A stretch of DNA of 64,000 nucleotides from contig JBMOMC010000001.1 in assembly GCA_049325335.1 (NCBI GenBank), positions 564,193 to 628,192 on the forward strand. Reading direction: 5' to 3'. The notes under the pieces are model-generated. The model was not told the origin of the DNA. It was given only the letters and a program-made list of their open reading frames with translations, and made no database searches. Of this stretch, positions 50,478 through 60,697 are shown piece by piece. The DNA is from Nitrospirota bacterium (GTDB taxonomy: Bacteria; Nitrospirota; Nitrospiria; 2-01-FULL-66-17). Both the position numbers and the translations under genes were made by a program. The first letter of the stretch is position 1. The number at the start of each line of letters is the position of its first letter.

Positions 50478-51200
50478 CTACAACGCCAGCTTCGGTCCCA
50501 ACGCGGCGCGCTGAACCGCGGTGAGCTTGCGGATCCCGCCCGCCGCCAAGCGCGTCAGCTCCGCCAGATCCTTCGCGGAAAACGGCGTGCGTTCGGCGGT
50601 GCCTTGGACCTCCACGAATCCGCCGGCGCCCGTCATCACCACGTTCATGTCCACCTCGGCGGCGGAATCTTCCGCGTAGCAGAGGTCCAACAATCGCGCG
50701 CCGTTCACAGTGCCCACGCTCACCGCCGCCACGTAGTCCTTGACCGGCATCGCGGTAAACAGTCCATCGGCCATGCCTTTGCGACAGGCCACCACCAGGG
50801 CGACAAACGCGCCGGTGATCGACGCGGTGCGCGTTCCCCCGTCGGCCTGAATCACGTCGCAGTCGATCCAGATCGTGCGTTCGCCCATCGCCGCAAAATC
50901 CATCACCGCGCGCAGCGAGCGACCCACCAACCGTTGGATCTCCTGCGTCCGTCCGCCGATCTTGGTTCGTTCGCGCTGGGTGCGCTCGGTGGTGGCGCGG
51001 GGCAACATGGCGTATTCGGCCGAGACCCACCCCACGCCTTTGCCCTTGAGAAACGGCGGCACGCGGTTCTCCAACGTGGCCGTACACACCACCTTGGTTT
51101 CGCCCATTTCGATGAGCGCGGAGCCCTCCGCGGGTTTGATGAAGCCCGTGGTGATCTTCACTGGGCGTAATTGCTTCGCTGTTCGTCCATCGGGCCGCAA
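50478..51200 (-). CDS. rph: Ribonuclease PH
   Basis: [32 protein letters not shown] and DMNVVM motifs; TTG start. Confidence 0.97.
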   Translation of the reverse strand: MRPDGRTAKQLRPVKITTGFIKPAEGSALIEMGETKVVCTATLENRVPPFLKGKGVGWVSAEYAMLPRATTERTQRERTKIGGRTQEIQRLVGRSLRAVMDFAAMGERTIWIDCDVIQADGGTRTASITGAFVALVVACRKGMADGLFTAMPVKDYVAAVSVGTVNGARLLDLCYAEDSAAEVDMNVVMTGAGGFVEVQGTAERTPFSAKDLAELTRLAAGGIRKLTAVQRAALGPKLAL

Positions 51201-51355
51201 GGTTCTCCCCCTGAAAAAAGTGGGGCGATTATAGGAAAGGGCGTGAGGAAAGATCAAACGCGCCGCGCGCCACCTCATGACACGCGATGATGATACGCCG
51301 CAGGCTCACCTAACCCACGGCGCAGCAACGGGCGGAGCATCAGAGCCGCGTCGGA

Positions 51356-52579
51356 TCATGCCGCGTTGGGCAGCGATGAGTCGGTGTCCCCAAAACGCTG
51401 CGACCGGCGGTCCGCGGTCCGCGGATCCATCGGGAGCACCACCGCGAACGTGGTTCCGCGACCGAGCGCGGAATCCACCGCGATGGTTCCGCGGTGTTCG
51501 TCCACGACGTGATAACACGTCAGCAGCCCCAACCCACTGCCCTCGTGGCCTTTGGTGGTAAAAAACGGGGTGAACAATCGTTCGAGATTCTCCTCGGAGA
51601 TCCCCACTCCGGTGTCGGTCACGCGCAGTTCCACGTGGGGAAGGGATCGGACGGTGGTCGCCCGGGTCGACACGGTCAGCGTACCCCCCGAGGGCATGGC
51701 CTGGATCGCGTTCAGCATCAAGTTCAGCACCACCTGCGTCATCCGCTCTTGGTCCATCTGGACGAGCCCGAGCGAGGCATCCGGTTGTACGGCGATCGAC
51801 ACCCCGTTCAGGCGGGCCTGCGGCGCGAGCAACGCCGCGGTGTGTTCGATGACGGCGTGTAAATCCGCGGCCGCCAGCAACGGCGCGGCGGCCCCGATAA
51901 ACTTGGAGTAGTTCAGTAGTTGACGAATGAGCCCCCGGATCCGCTCCACTTCCTTGACCGTCACCTGATACAGCGTGCCCCAATACTCGGGGTCTTCGCT
52001 CGCCTCTGCCCGTTTGGCCGGGAGCATTTGCAGGAATGTCGAAATCGGAACCAGGGGGTTGTTGATTTCGTGCGCCAGGCCCGCGGCCAAGGTCCCCACC
52101 GCGCTCATGCGATTGGCGCGCGCCATCCGTTTGAGCGTCTCCACCTTCTCCGCATACAGCCGCTCGCGTTCTTTGACCAACAGATATCGCTCAATGCCGT
52201 CGCGAAAGGCCATCTGCACCTCGCGTTCATCGTACGGCTTGGTCAGATAGCGGGACACGTTGCCCACGTTGATCGCGTCCACCACGCTTTCCAGGTCCGA
52301 ATACGCGGTCAACAACATCCGCCCCGTGTCCGGGTACTGGGCGCGCACCTGCGCGAGAAATTGCGTGCCGGACATGTCGGGCATCCGCTGATCCGAGAGC
52401 ACCAGCGCGATCTCGCCCTGGGACAAGATCTCCAGTCCCGCCGCACCGCTGGGCGCGGTCAGAATCGTGAACTCTCGCCGAAACTGCCGTTGCAGGGTCT
52501 CGAGCGCGTAGGGCTCGTCGTCCACGTACAGGACCGGATACGCCTTGTAGTCTACGCGCTCGCCCATCGCGTCCCTCAT
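51356..52579 (-). CDS. Receiver-histidine kinase hybrid (REC-HisKA-HATPase)
   Basis: LYVDDE, SDQRMP and KP receiver; AHEINNPL H-box; NAIQA, DTGVGI, PFFTTK and GLGL; start may be 52567. Confidence 0.92.
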   Translation of the reverse strand: MRDAMGERVDYKAYPVLYVDDEPYALETLQRQFRREFTILTAPSGAAGLEILSQGEIALVLSDQRMPDMSGTQFLAQVRAQYPDTGRMLLTAYSDLESVVDAINVGNVSRYLTKPYDEREVQMAFRDGIERYLLVKERERLYAEKVETLKRMARANRMSAVGTLAAGLAHEINNPLVPISTFLQMLPAKRAEASEDPEYWGTLYQVTVKEVERIRGLIRQLLNYSKFIGAAAPLLAAADLHAVIEHTAALLAPQARLNGVSIAVQPDASLGLVQMDQERMTQVVLNLMLNAIQAMPSGGTLTVSTRATTVRSLPHVELRVTDTGVGISEENLERLFTPFFTTKGHEGSGLGLLTCYHVVDEHRGTIAVDSALGRGTTFAVVLPMDPRTADRRSQRFGDTDSSLPNAA

Positions 52580-52587
52580 CGCGTGTG

Positions 52588-54963
52588 TCAGGCGGCCTTG
52601 GCCGCGCCTCGCGCCACCGGCAGCACCACAGTGAACTCCGCGCCCTGTCCCGGCTCGCTCCGCACGTCGATCCGGCCGCCCACGTCGTGAATGATTTGGT
52701 AGCTCACGGACAGCCCCAACCCGGTCCCTTTCCCCACCGGCTTGGTGGTGAAAAACGGCTCAAACAGCCGGGCGCGGTGCGCCGGCGAAATCCCGGGGCC
52801 CGAATCCCGCACCGTCACGGTGACCGCGTGCTCGAGATCGCGGGATTCGATCCAAATATCGCCGGAAGGGCCGACCGCCTGCACCGCGTTTTGCACAAGA
52901 TTCATCCACACCTGGTTGAGTTTACCAGGCACTGCGCGCACCAGCCGAGTCGATTGCAAATCGGGATGAAACGCCAACCCGGGTCCCACCATGGGACGAA
53001 CCAAGTTCAGGGTTGATTCCAGGCTCTCCTGCACGGAACATTCGATGTTCTGATTCTGATCCTTACGGACAAAGGTTTTGAGTTGCGCGACGATGTTCTC
53101 GGTGCGCGCTACTCCGTTTTGCGCGATTCCCAACGACGCCTCCACGTCTTCCACGGATTCAGCCGGGGTCCGGTCGGGGGGGAAGAGGGGTTTGAGCTCG
53201 CTCCACGCGCGCTGCAACACGGTCAGACTGTTTTTCGCGAAGTTGATCGGGTTGTTGATCTCATGCGCCATGCCCGCCACCAAGAGTCCCAACCCCGCCA
53301 TTTTTTCGGATTGCACCAACTGCGCCTGCGTCTCGGTGAGTTCCGCCAGCGTCGCCTCCAACACGTCGTGGCGGTGCTGAAGTTCGCGCTCCAAACGGCG
53401 GAGCTCCAACAAAGATTTGATTTTGGCGCGCAGCTCTTGGGCGTTAAACGGCTTGGTGAGGTACTCGTCGGCCCCGTGCTCGAGGCCTTCGATTTTCATC
53501 GCCATGTCCGCGCGCGCGGTCAACAGGATGATGGGGATGTGCCGGGTGCGCGGATCGCGGCGAACCTCGCGGCAGAGCTGATATCCGTCCATTTCCCGCA
53601 TCATGACGTCGGAGATGATCAGATCGGGCAGGCGCTCCACCGCGGCGCGCACGCCTTCTCGACCCGTGGACGCCTGGAGCACGCGGTACTCGCTCTGCAG
53701 TTCAAACGCGATGAACCCCCGCATGTCCGGGTGGTCTTCCACGATCAACACTTGCCGGCCGGTGGCCGGAGCGCCGTGGGGTTCCGATGCCACCGTCGGC
53801 GCCGCGTACACCCCGGTGACATGTCGCTCCGCGGCCTCGTGCAGTTGGCGCGTCCAGTCGTCCGCCGGAGCATCGCTCTCCACGGCCTCACGGGTCGGTG
53901 CGCCCGCGGTCTCTTGTTTCGGCGCATCGAGGAGCAATGGAATCGTCACGGTAAACGTCGATCCCCGCCCCCGCTCGCTGTCCACCGCGATCCGCCCCCC
54001 GTGCAACTCGACCATTTCCTTCACCAAGGCCAGGCCGATCCCCGTGCCCTCGTAGCGGCGGCTGGTGGTGGCGTCAACCTGGGAGAATCGCTGGAAGAGT
54101 TTCGGCAAGTCCTCCTGCGAAATACCGATGCCCGTATCGAGAACAACTACCTGAAGGTGTCCCTCTCCCGACCGGCCCCAGCGCAAGGTGACGCGACCAC
54201 CCGCGTCACTGAACTTCAGCGCGTTGAACAGGAGGTTCAAGACGATTTTTTCCAGCCGATCCGGATCAAAATACACGCGATCCGGCAAACACGACTCTTC
54301 CACCCCGATCAGCCCGATCCGCTTTTTCTCTGCCATCGGCGCAACCGACGCCACCAGTCCTCGGAAGAACACCCCGAGGTTGCCGGGACGGAAGCGTAGC
54401 GTCATCCGGCCCGCATCCAGTGTGGTCAAGTCGAGCAAATCATTGACTTGTTTCAGGAGACGCAACCCGTTCTGGTGCATCACCGACACGTACCGCCTGA
54501 CGTTGTCGGACAATGGTTCGGTTTCCGCCTTGAGCAACGACTCCAGCGGGGCGAGGATCAAGGTCAGCGGCGTGCGCAGTTCGTGGCTGACCATGGCAAA
54601 AAACCGGGTCTTGGCGTCATCCAGTTCTTTGAGTTGGTTGTACGCGCCCTCGAGGTCCCGGGTGCGCCGGAACATGGCGTCATCGCGTTCGGCGTTGCGC
54701 GGCTCCGGTTGCGCAACACGCTGATCCCACGCGGGCAGGACCCGCCGGGTGTACGCCACCAGCCCCACGCACAACAGCGCGACCGCCCCGGCCGCGAGCA
54801 GCCGGTTGCCTTCCACGAATGGGTACACCACCCAAAACACCGCACCCGCCGCCACGACCGCGATCGCGGACCATGGCGCGCTGCTGCGTGGCCCGGGTGT
54901 GGTTGTTTCCGCGACCGTGGACATCGGCACAATGGGAAGTGTAGCAGAGCACCGTGCGTTCAT
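52588..54963 (-). CDS. Membrane hybrid kinase with two kinase cores (2TM, HisKA-HATPase, REC, HisKA-HATPase)
   Basis: SHELRTPL..NALKF..GTGIGL; IVEDH..SDVMM..KP; AHEINNP..GTGLGL; ATG 54963 overlaps the fadL-like stop (ATGA). Confidence 0.9.
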   Translation of the reverse strand: MNARCSATLPIVPMSTVAETTTPGPRSSAPWSAIAVVAAGAVFWVVYPFVEGNRLLAAGAVALLCVGLVAYTRRVLPAWDQRVAQPEPRNAERDDAMFRRTRDLEGAYNQLKELDDAKTRFFAMVSHELRTPLTLILAPLESLLKAETEPLSDNVRRYVSVMHQNGLRLLKQVNDLLDLTTLDAGRMTLRFRPGNLGVFFRGLVASVAPMAEKKRIGLIGVEESCLPDRVYFDPDRLEKIVLNLLFNALKFSDAGGRVTLRWGRSGEGHLQVVVLDTGIGISQEDLPKLFQRFSQVDATTSRRYEGTGIGLALVKEMVELHGGRIAVDSERGRGSTFTVTIPLLLDAPKQETAGAPTREAVESDAPADDWTRQLHEAAERHVTGVYAAPTVASEPHGAPATGRQVLIVEDHPDMRGFIAFELQSEYRVLQASTGREGVRAAVERLPDLIISDVMMREMDGYQLCREVRRDPRTRHIPIILLTARADMAMKIEGLEHGADEYLTKPFNAQELRAKIKSLLELRRLERELQHRHDVLEATLAELTETQAQLVQSEKMAGLGLLVAGMAHEINNPINFAKNSLTVLQRAWSELKPLFPPDRTPAESVEDVEASLGIAQNGVARTENIVAQLKTFVRKDQNQNIECSVQESLESTLNLVRPMVGPGLAFHPDLQSTRLVRAVPGKLNQVWMNLVQNAVQAVGPSGDIWIESRDLEHAVTVTVRDSGPGISPAHRARLFEPFFTTKPVGKGTGLGLSVSYQIIHDVGGRIDVRSEPGQGAEFTVVLPVARGAAKAA

Positions 54964-56234
54964 CGCGTCGGCCACCGCCACCCCGCGCTCACGCCCGCCA
55001 CATGCGCCTGCGATCGGTAGCGGCCGTTGGCGGCTCCGCTCGCGGCTCCCACTGCGTTGTTTTTGATCCGCTCGAACCACAGGAATTGGTACCCGGCATC
55101 CAAGGTCCAGCGACCCGAGCCGATTCCGATCCCGAGCGAAGCGCCGCGGCGGTCCGCGTCCGGAATCAACGGGTTGAGATACTGGTCGGGAATCGGGGAA
55201 CGATCGTACAAGAGTCCGCCTCGTAGCCGCACGGTCGGCGAGACCTCGTATTCGGCACCCAGGCTGTACGTCATGGCGTCGCGCCACCGAAACGTGGTGA
55301 TGTCGTCCGCCAGCCCGTTCGTGAAGCGGATCTCCAACCGGTCAACCGTGGACCAGCCGGTCCACGTCGCGTCACCCTCCACCGTCCAGTGGGGCGTCAC
55401 CCGGACCAGGACCCCGGTGCGCAACGACGGCGGAAGTGTGACCGCGGTTCGCAGCGTGGCGTCGGCAAACATCGCGGCGGCGGGCGCCGGCACCGTAAAG
55501 TCCGCCCACCCGTCCCTGACCTCGGCGTTCATCCGACTCCGGAAACTGAGGCCGACCTGCCAGCTCGGGGACGGCGCGACCAGCATCCCGGCCGTAAATC
55601 CGACGGCACGGCCCTCGCCCGATAAAGACGCCACGCCTTCCGGCAAGGCAACGGACGAGAGGTCGATCGCTCGGCGGAGCGACAGCTCCACCACGGAGTA
55701 CTGGAGCCCGCCGGCCACGGCCACCCGCGCGCTCGGCCGCCACGCCAGCGCCGGGTTGATGGTCGCGGTGCGGATCGTGGCGTCGATCACTTGGAACCGG
55801 CCGTCCCAATCCGCGAGCCATTTGGTGGACAACCCGAACGGGGAAAACAGGCCGAGCCCGGCGACGAGCCGCGGCCCGATGGGCGCGGTCAGGTACAGGT
55901 GCGGGAGGACGTAGTACCGCTCACGTTCGGTCGCGGCGGCGCCGGCCCCGCTGGGCTCGTAGTCGGCATGGGGACGCAGCACGGCGGCGCCGATCAACCC
56001 CGCGGCTTGGTCCAGTTGGATGATGCCCGCCGGGTTGTAGTACAGGGCGGACGGATCGTCCGCCTGCGCGGTCACCGCTGAACTGCGCGCAATCCCCGCG
56101 CCGCCCTGCGCGGTCACGGCAAACCCCGCGGCCCAGGCCGGCGACCAGGCGCCGAAGACCGTCGTCAGGATGAGGAGGAGCGTGACGGGGGTGGTCGGAA
56201 TCACCACCCGTGTCGCGACGTTCCGAAGTCTCAT
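54960..56234 (-). CDS. FadL/OmpP1-family outer-membrane hydrophobic-compound channel
   Basis: Signal peptide, AGF..Q N-terminus, ADDPSALYYNPAG hatch motif, PFGLST and IPDADR. Confidence 0.88.
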   Translation of the reverse strand: MRLRNVATRVVIPTTPVTLLLILTTVFGAWSPAWAAGFAVTAQGGAGIARSSAVTAQADDPSALYYNPAGIIQLDQAAGLIGAAVLRPHADYEPSGAGAAATERERYYVLPHLYLTAPIGPRLVAGLGLFSPFGLSTKWLADWDGRFQVIDATIRTATINPALAWRPSARVAVAGGLQYSVVELSLRRAIDLSSVALPEGVASLSGEGRAVGFTAGMLVAPSPSWQVGLSFRSRMNAEVRDGWADFTVPAPAAAMFADATLRTAVTLPPSLRTGVLVRVTPHWTVEGDATWTGWSTVDRLEIRFTNGLADDITTFRWRDAMTYSLGAEYEVSPTVRLRGGLLYDRSPIPDQYLNPLIPDADRRGASLGIGIGSGRWTLDAGYQFLWFERIKNNAVGAASGAANGRYRSQAHVAGVSAGWRWPTR

Positions 56235-56381
56235 GTCCGTCTCCCGTGACCGGGTGCGGGCCTACCGACCTTCGTGAGGCGAGCGCGCATTATACCGAGC
56301 GCGACTCCGCCTCGCAAATCGGCTCTCTTCCCGCCCCGGCTTGTGTCGCGGCGCGGATCGCCGTAAGATCACCTCGTGACC

Positions 56382-59111
56382 ATGTCGCTTGCCACGCTGA
56401 CGATCACCGATATCTCGGCCTTGGCCGCGCCCGCCGTGTTTTCCCGGGGCCGGGAGTACCACCAACATGGCGCGGTCTTGGAGCTGACCGTGACCGACAC
56501 CGGCACGTTGTGGGCACGGGTGCAGGGGACCGAAGCCAGACCGTATCTGGTCACGGTGGCGCCGGTTGGGCCCAGCGGGCTGCACTGGGAGTGCACGTGT
56601 CCCTATTTTCACGATCGAGACGGCGACGCGTGTAAACACGTGGTGGCGGTGCTCATCGGATGGTTGTCCCGTCGGGACCGCGCCCTTGCGCGCGGCCCGG
56701 TCCGGATCGCGCGCCCGACGCGGCGACCCTCTCCGTGGACCCCGACCTGGACGCCGTCGCCGTATTCAGTCCCGCTCGCCCCGCCGTCCGAGCCGTCCCT
56801 GCTCGACAGCACGACGTGGACCGACCTTCGGCTCGATGTGACGGAGACCGGTGACGGCCCGCCCCAGGTGCTCCTACGGTTCAAACCGCGCGGATCCGAT
56901 GACGACGCGGTCATGACGCTCCCCGCGAACGCAACCCCGGACGCGTTGGCCGCCCTTCGCGGCCGGGCAACCTACTCGCCGAGCGCCCTGGGGATCCGGA
57001 TGTTGCGAACGCCGTTGCTCGCGGAGTTACAGGCCTCCTACGACGCGGACGGCCGCCTGCTGCTCGGCCCCGCGTTCCGTCACCCGTCACGCGCGGGCCG
57101 CAACCCGGGGCCGGATCCCGTCATCGTCACCCCCTCGTGGATCTGGTCGGACGGGACGTTTTTTCGAACCGAGACGGTTCCCGACGCGTTTCGTCCCTAT
57201 TTTGCCCACGCAAACCCCACGGTCTTGGAAGGCGACGCGATCCACCGGTTCCTGGAACAGGATGTGCCGCGGTTGTCGCAGTATCCTCGGTACCGTCCGT
57301 CTCCCGAGGTCGCCAGCAGCCGCCTGCTGCCGCCCCCGGTGCTGACCGCGGTCTCCACCCAGGGCGAAAACCGCGACTGGTTGTGGCTGGATCCCTCCTA
57401 CACAACGGGCGCCCACACGTTGACGCTGAACGAGTTGCTGCGGGCCGCGCAGACCAGCCGCCCGGTCCGACGAGGAAACGATTGGATCACGCCGCCCCAG
57501 GCCTTGGCGCAGACGTGGGAAGCGCTCGGCGGCCGCGTGGAATCCGGCCGCGTGCTGGTGCCGAGGCTGGGCTACCTGCGGCAGCGAGCGGATTGGACAG
57601 GCATCGACGTGCGGCGCGATACGGCGGTTCAACGGTTTGAAGCGGACCTTGATCGCCTCACGCCGCCGGGTCCCGCGCCGGATCCGGTGGATTACAAGGG
57701 CTCGCTGCGCCCGTATCAACACACCGGGTACAACTGGCTCTGGTTTCTGCACACCACCGGATTACACGGCATGCTGGCCGACGAGATGGGGCTGGGCAAG
57801 ACCCACATGACCATGGCCGTGTTACTCGCGGCCGTGCGCGAGGAATCGAGTCGCCCCTCCTTGATCGTGTGCCCGACCTCCGTGATCGACCACTGGGAAG
57901 ACACGCTGCGCGAGTACGCGCCCACATTACAGCCCATGCGGTATCACGGGACGACGAGAGGACCGCTGGAGCACGGGCGTCTCCCGCCCGTGGTGCTGAC
58001 CAGTTTTTCGTTGCTGGCGCGCGAGCCCGAGATATTTCGCGCGATCGCGTGGAACTACCTGGTGTTGGACGAAGCGCAGAAAATCAAAAACCCCGCGACC
58101 CAATCGGCCAAGGCCGCCAAGTCGTTGTCCGCGCGTCACCGCTTGGCGCTGACCGGAACGCCCATTGAGAACCGGCCGGCCGAACTCTGGTCGATCTTCG
58201 ACTTTCTCCTGCCCGGTTATCTGGGCTCGGCCAAATCGTTCCGCCGGGAGTTTGAATCGCCCATTATCAAGCACGGTGATCGCGGCCGAGAGGCCGTGCT
58301 CAAACGCGTGATCCATCCGTTCAAACTCCGCCGACTCAAAGCCGACGTGCTCAAGGAGTTGCCCCCCAAGGTCGAGGATCGTCGCCACTGTCGCCTCTCG
58401 CCGGCCCAAGCCGCGATCTACCGCGAGGTCGTGGCGCGCGACGGACAACGGCTCGCGGACGACATCCGCCACGGGTCAGGGCCGATTCCCTATATCCACG
58501 TCTTTGCCGTGCTCTCGCGGCTCAAACAACTCTGCGACCACCCCGCGTTGGTGATCAAAGGCCCCAAAGGGCGGGGAATGGCCTCCGGCAAGTTCGAGTT
58601 GTTCACCGAACTCATGGAAGAGGCGCTGGACGGGGACGAGAAGGTCGTGGTCTTCACGCAATATTTGGGCATGATCGACCTGATCGGGGCATGGCTCAAT
58701 AAACACGGCGTGGACTGGGTGGAGCTCCGCGGCGCCACGCGCGATCGCCGCGCCGTGGTCAAGCGCTTTCAGACCGACCCCACGTGCCGCGTCTTCGTCT
58801 CGAGCCTGTTGGCCGGGGGCCTGGGCATCAATCTGACCGCGGCCTCGGTCGTGATCCACTACGACCGCTGGTGGAACGCGGCGCGCGAAAACCAGGCCAC
58901 CGACCGCGTGCACCGCATCGGCCAATCCCGGGGCGTCCAAGTGTTCAAGTTGATCACGCGCGGAACCCTGGAGGACAAGATCGACAAGATGATCCGCGAG
59001 AAGGCCTCGCTCCTGGACTCCATCGTGGAGGAAGACGCGGCCACTCTCAAAGCGTTGACGCGGGAGGAATTGGTCGAGCTGTTGACCAGCGTGCCGACGG
59101 AGAGCGAGTAA
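56382..59111 (+). CDS. SWIM zinc-finger SNF2-family helicase/ATPase
   Basis: CTC..CKH SWIM; LRPYQ, LADEMGLGKT, LDEAQKIKN, LTGTPIEN, GINLT and QATDRVHRIGQ. Confidence 0.93.
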   Translation: MSLATLTITDISALAAPAVFSRGREYHQHGAVLELTVTDTGTLWARVQGTEARPYLVTVAPVGPSGLHWECTCPYFHDRDGDACKHVVAVLIGWLSRRDRALARGPVRIARPTRRPSPWTPTWTPSPYSVPLAPPSEPSLLDSTTWTDLRLDVTETGDGPPQVLLRFKPRGSDDDAVMTLPANATPDALAALRGRATYSPSALGIRMLRTPLLAELQASYDADGRLLLGPAFRHPSRAGRNPGPDPVIVTPSWIWSDGTFFRTETVPDAFRPYFAHANPTVLEGDAIHRFLEQDVPRLSQYPRYRPSPEVASSRLLPPPVLTAVSTQGENRDWLWLDPSYTTGAHTLTLNELLRAAQTSRPVRRGNDWITPPQALAQTWEALGGRVESGRVLVPRLGYLRQRADWTGIDVRRDTAVQRFEADLDRLTPPGPAPDPVDYKGSLRPYQHTGYNWLWFLHTTGLHGMLADEMGLGKTHMTMAVLLAAVREESSRPSLIVCPTSVIDHWEDTLREYAPTLQPMRYHGTTRGPLEHGRLPPVVLTSFSLLAREPEIFRAIAWNYLVLDEAQKIKNPATQSAKAAKSLSARHRLALTGTPIENRPAELWSIFDFLLPGYLGSAKSFRREFESPIIKHGDRGREAVLKRVIHPFKLRRLKADVLKELPPKVEDRRHCRLSPAQAAIYREVVARDGQRLADDIRHGSGPIPYIHVFAVLSRLKQLCDHPALVIKGPKGRGMASGKFELFTELMEEALDGDEKVVVFTQYLGMIDLIGAWLNKHGVDWVELRGATRDRRAVVKRFQTDPTCRVFVSSLLAGGLGINLTAASVVIHYDRWWNAARENQATDRVHRIGQSRGVQVFKLITRGTLEDKIDKMIREKASLLDSIVEEDAATLKALTREELVELLTSVPTESE

Positions 59112-59198
59112 GCTTCTGACGGACGGCCGAAGCGCATGACCCACCAACGGATGTAGCGCCAGAAGGAGTCACCGCTTGCATTCCGCGGAGTGACCATG

Positions 59199-59214
59199 GT
59201 AACGCATACGTTAC
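59199..59214. promoter_or_regulatory. Palindromic operator upstream of the antitoxin-like gene
   Basis: GTAACG-CATA-CGTTAC, 14 nt before ATG 59229. Confidence 0.45.
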
Positions 59215-59228
59215 TTAGGGGGGAACTT

Positions 59229-59555
59229 ATGCCGGTCACACGAGCATTCCGAGTCACCATCATGGAGCGGGCTGGGCACGACGCGCGGTTTCGCCAGCAC
59301 CTGTTGATCGAGACGATCAATCAATTACTGAGCGGCGACCTCGCCGCGGGCAAGGCCATGCTGCGTGATTACATCAACGCGACGATTTCCTTCGATCAAT
59401 TGGCCAGCACGCTCAAGAAGTCCAGCAAGAGCCTGCACCGGATGCTCGGCCCACAGGGCAATCCGACTGCGGAAAACCTGTTCGCCATCATCAAAGTGCT
59501 CCAGGCGCATGAACGCGTGCAGCTCCACGTGAAGTCGCAACGATCCGCCGCGTGA
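59229..59555 (+). CDS. Addiction-module antidote (HigA-like HTH) protein, orphan
   Basis: MPVTRAFRVTI...GKAMLRDYINATI...SLHRMLGPQGNPTAENLF pattern of DNA-binding antidote proteins. Confidence 0.75.
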   Translation: MPVTRAFRVTIMERAGHDARFRQHLLIETINQLLSGDLAAGKAMLRDYINATISFDQLASTLKKSSKSLHRMLGPQGNPTAENLFAIIKVLQAHERVQLHVKSQRSAA

Positions 59556-59590
59556 ACGGACCGACCCATCACTGAGTCGTCCCTTCGCCT

Positions 59591-59633
59591 CCTTCTTGAT
59601 CATTGAGCCCGCAACGGGCTAAGCTGGGCCTCC
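59591..59633 (+). repeat. Duplicated promoter-like cassette, copy 1
   Basis: CCTTCTTGA...CCCGCAACGGGCTAAGCTGGGCCTCC; 26-bp exact match to 60464-60489; TTGATC-N18-TAAGCT. Confidence 0.75.
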
Positions 59634-59723
59634 GCAAACCGGACCGCCAGAGATCAACCCGTCAGGGGATATCCGTCCGAACGGCTAGGATACTGATCAT
59701 TCGAAACGTGGAGGACCTTGGCG

Positions 59724-60287
59724 ATGGCGTATAAGAAAACGGTCGTCCCGGTGGAACGCATCGAGTCGAGAATTCTGGTCATTCGAGGCCAGAAGGTCAT
59801 GCTCAGCACGCATCTCGCCGAGCTCTACGAGGTCGAGCCGCGTGCCCTGCTGCAGGCGGTGAAGCGAAACAGCGAACGTTTCCCAGCCGACTTTCTCTTC
59901 CAATTGAGCGCGACAGAGTTCGCGAACTTGAAATCACAAATTGTGACTTCAAGTTGGGGCGGCATCCGCCGTGCCACGCCCTATGCGTTTACCGAGCAGG
60001 GCGTGGCCATGCTCTCCAGCGTGCTGCGCAGCCGCCGCGCGGTACTCGTCAACGTCGAAATCATGCGCACGTTCGTGCGCTTGCGGCAAATCTTGGCATC
60101 GAACGCGGAGCTGGCCCAGCAGCTCGCAGCGCTGGAGCAGAAATACGACGCCCAATTTCGAGTCGTCTTCGACGCCATCCGCGAACTCATGGCCCCGCCC
60201 ACGACCAAGCGCCGGCGAATCGGCTTCGAGGTCCGCGAGCGACGCCCGCGCTACGGCCGGCATGCGGCAGGGGAGCGAGCCGTGTGA
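59724..60287 (+). CDS. ORF6N-domain DNA-binding protein
   Basis: [31 protein letters not shown] and [26 protein letters not shown]. Confidence 0.9.
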   Translation: MAYKKTVVPVERIESRILVIRGQKVMLSTHLAELYEVEPRALLQAVKRNSERFPADFLFQLSATEFANLKSQIVTSSWGGIRRATPYAFTEQGVAMLSSVLRSRRAVLVNVEIMRTFVRLRQILASNAELAQQLAALEQKYDAQFRVVFDAIRELMAPPTTKRRRIGFEVRERRPRYGRHAAGERAV

Positions 60288-60315
60288 CGCGATCCGCGGT
60301 TTCCTTTCGTCCGCC

Positions 60316-60410
60316 CTTTCTCCCGTTTCCCGATTCTCCGGCTCGTGTTCACACGCCCACTCTCCGGTTCCCAGTTTCGCCATTTCGCCCATTCACCCCT
60401 TCTCCCCCTC
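60316..60410. repeat. Pyrimidine-rich ~8-nt imperfect tandem repeats
   Basis: TTCTCCCG TTTCCCGA TTCTCCGG ... TTCGCCCA TTCACCCC TTCTCCCC. Confidence 0.45.
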
Positions 60411-60446
60411 GTCCTTGCCACAGCCCTCACCCTCTCGGCCCTTGCC

Positions 60447-60489
60447 CCTTCTTGACCCCCTACCCCGCAACGGGCTAAGCTGGGCCTCC
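60447..60489 (+). repeat. Duplicated promoter-like cassette, copy 2
   Basis: CCTTCTTGACC-N18-TAAGCT; shares CCCGCAACGGGCTAAGCTGGGCCTCC with 59608-59633. Confidence 0.75.
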
Positions 60490-60697
60490 ACCTTAAGCAA
60501 ATGTACGAGGAGCCTTGCGCGCTGTTTTGTAAGTTCGCTCGGCGACATCTTTTTGCGGGCTTGATTCAGCAAGCGGTGAGGCCCGTCTGCGGTGGGGGAG
60601 GGATGTTGTATTGCAAGACCCTTAACGCTTTCGCTTAACCGAATCTGTGCTTCAGCGAATGTTTTCTCCAAAATAGTCGGGGCGGAGAAAAGGCATT

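Noticed and set aside
54964..55287. Long N-terminal extension of the hybrid kinase ORF
   Set aside because: It overlaps the fadL-like coding region; ATGA coupling at 54963 is the more plausible start
56382..59111. SWIM-SNF2 helicase as part of a named defence system (DISARM, BREX, Zorya)
   Set aside because: No methylase, DUF1998, PglZ or ZorAB partners nearby; solo SWIM-SNF2 proteins are widespread and this one has backbone-like composition
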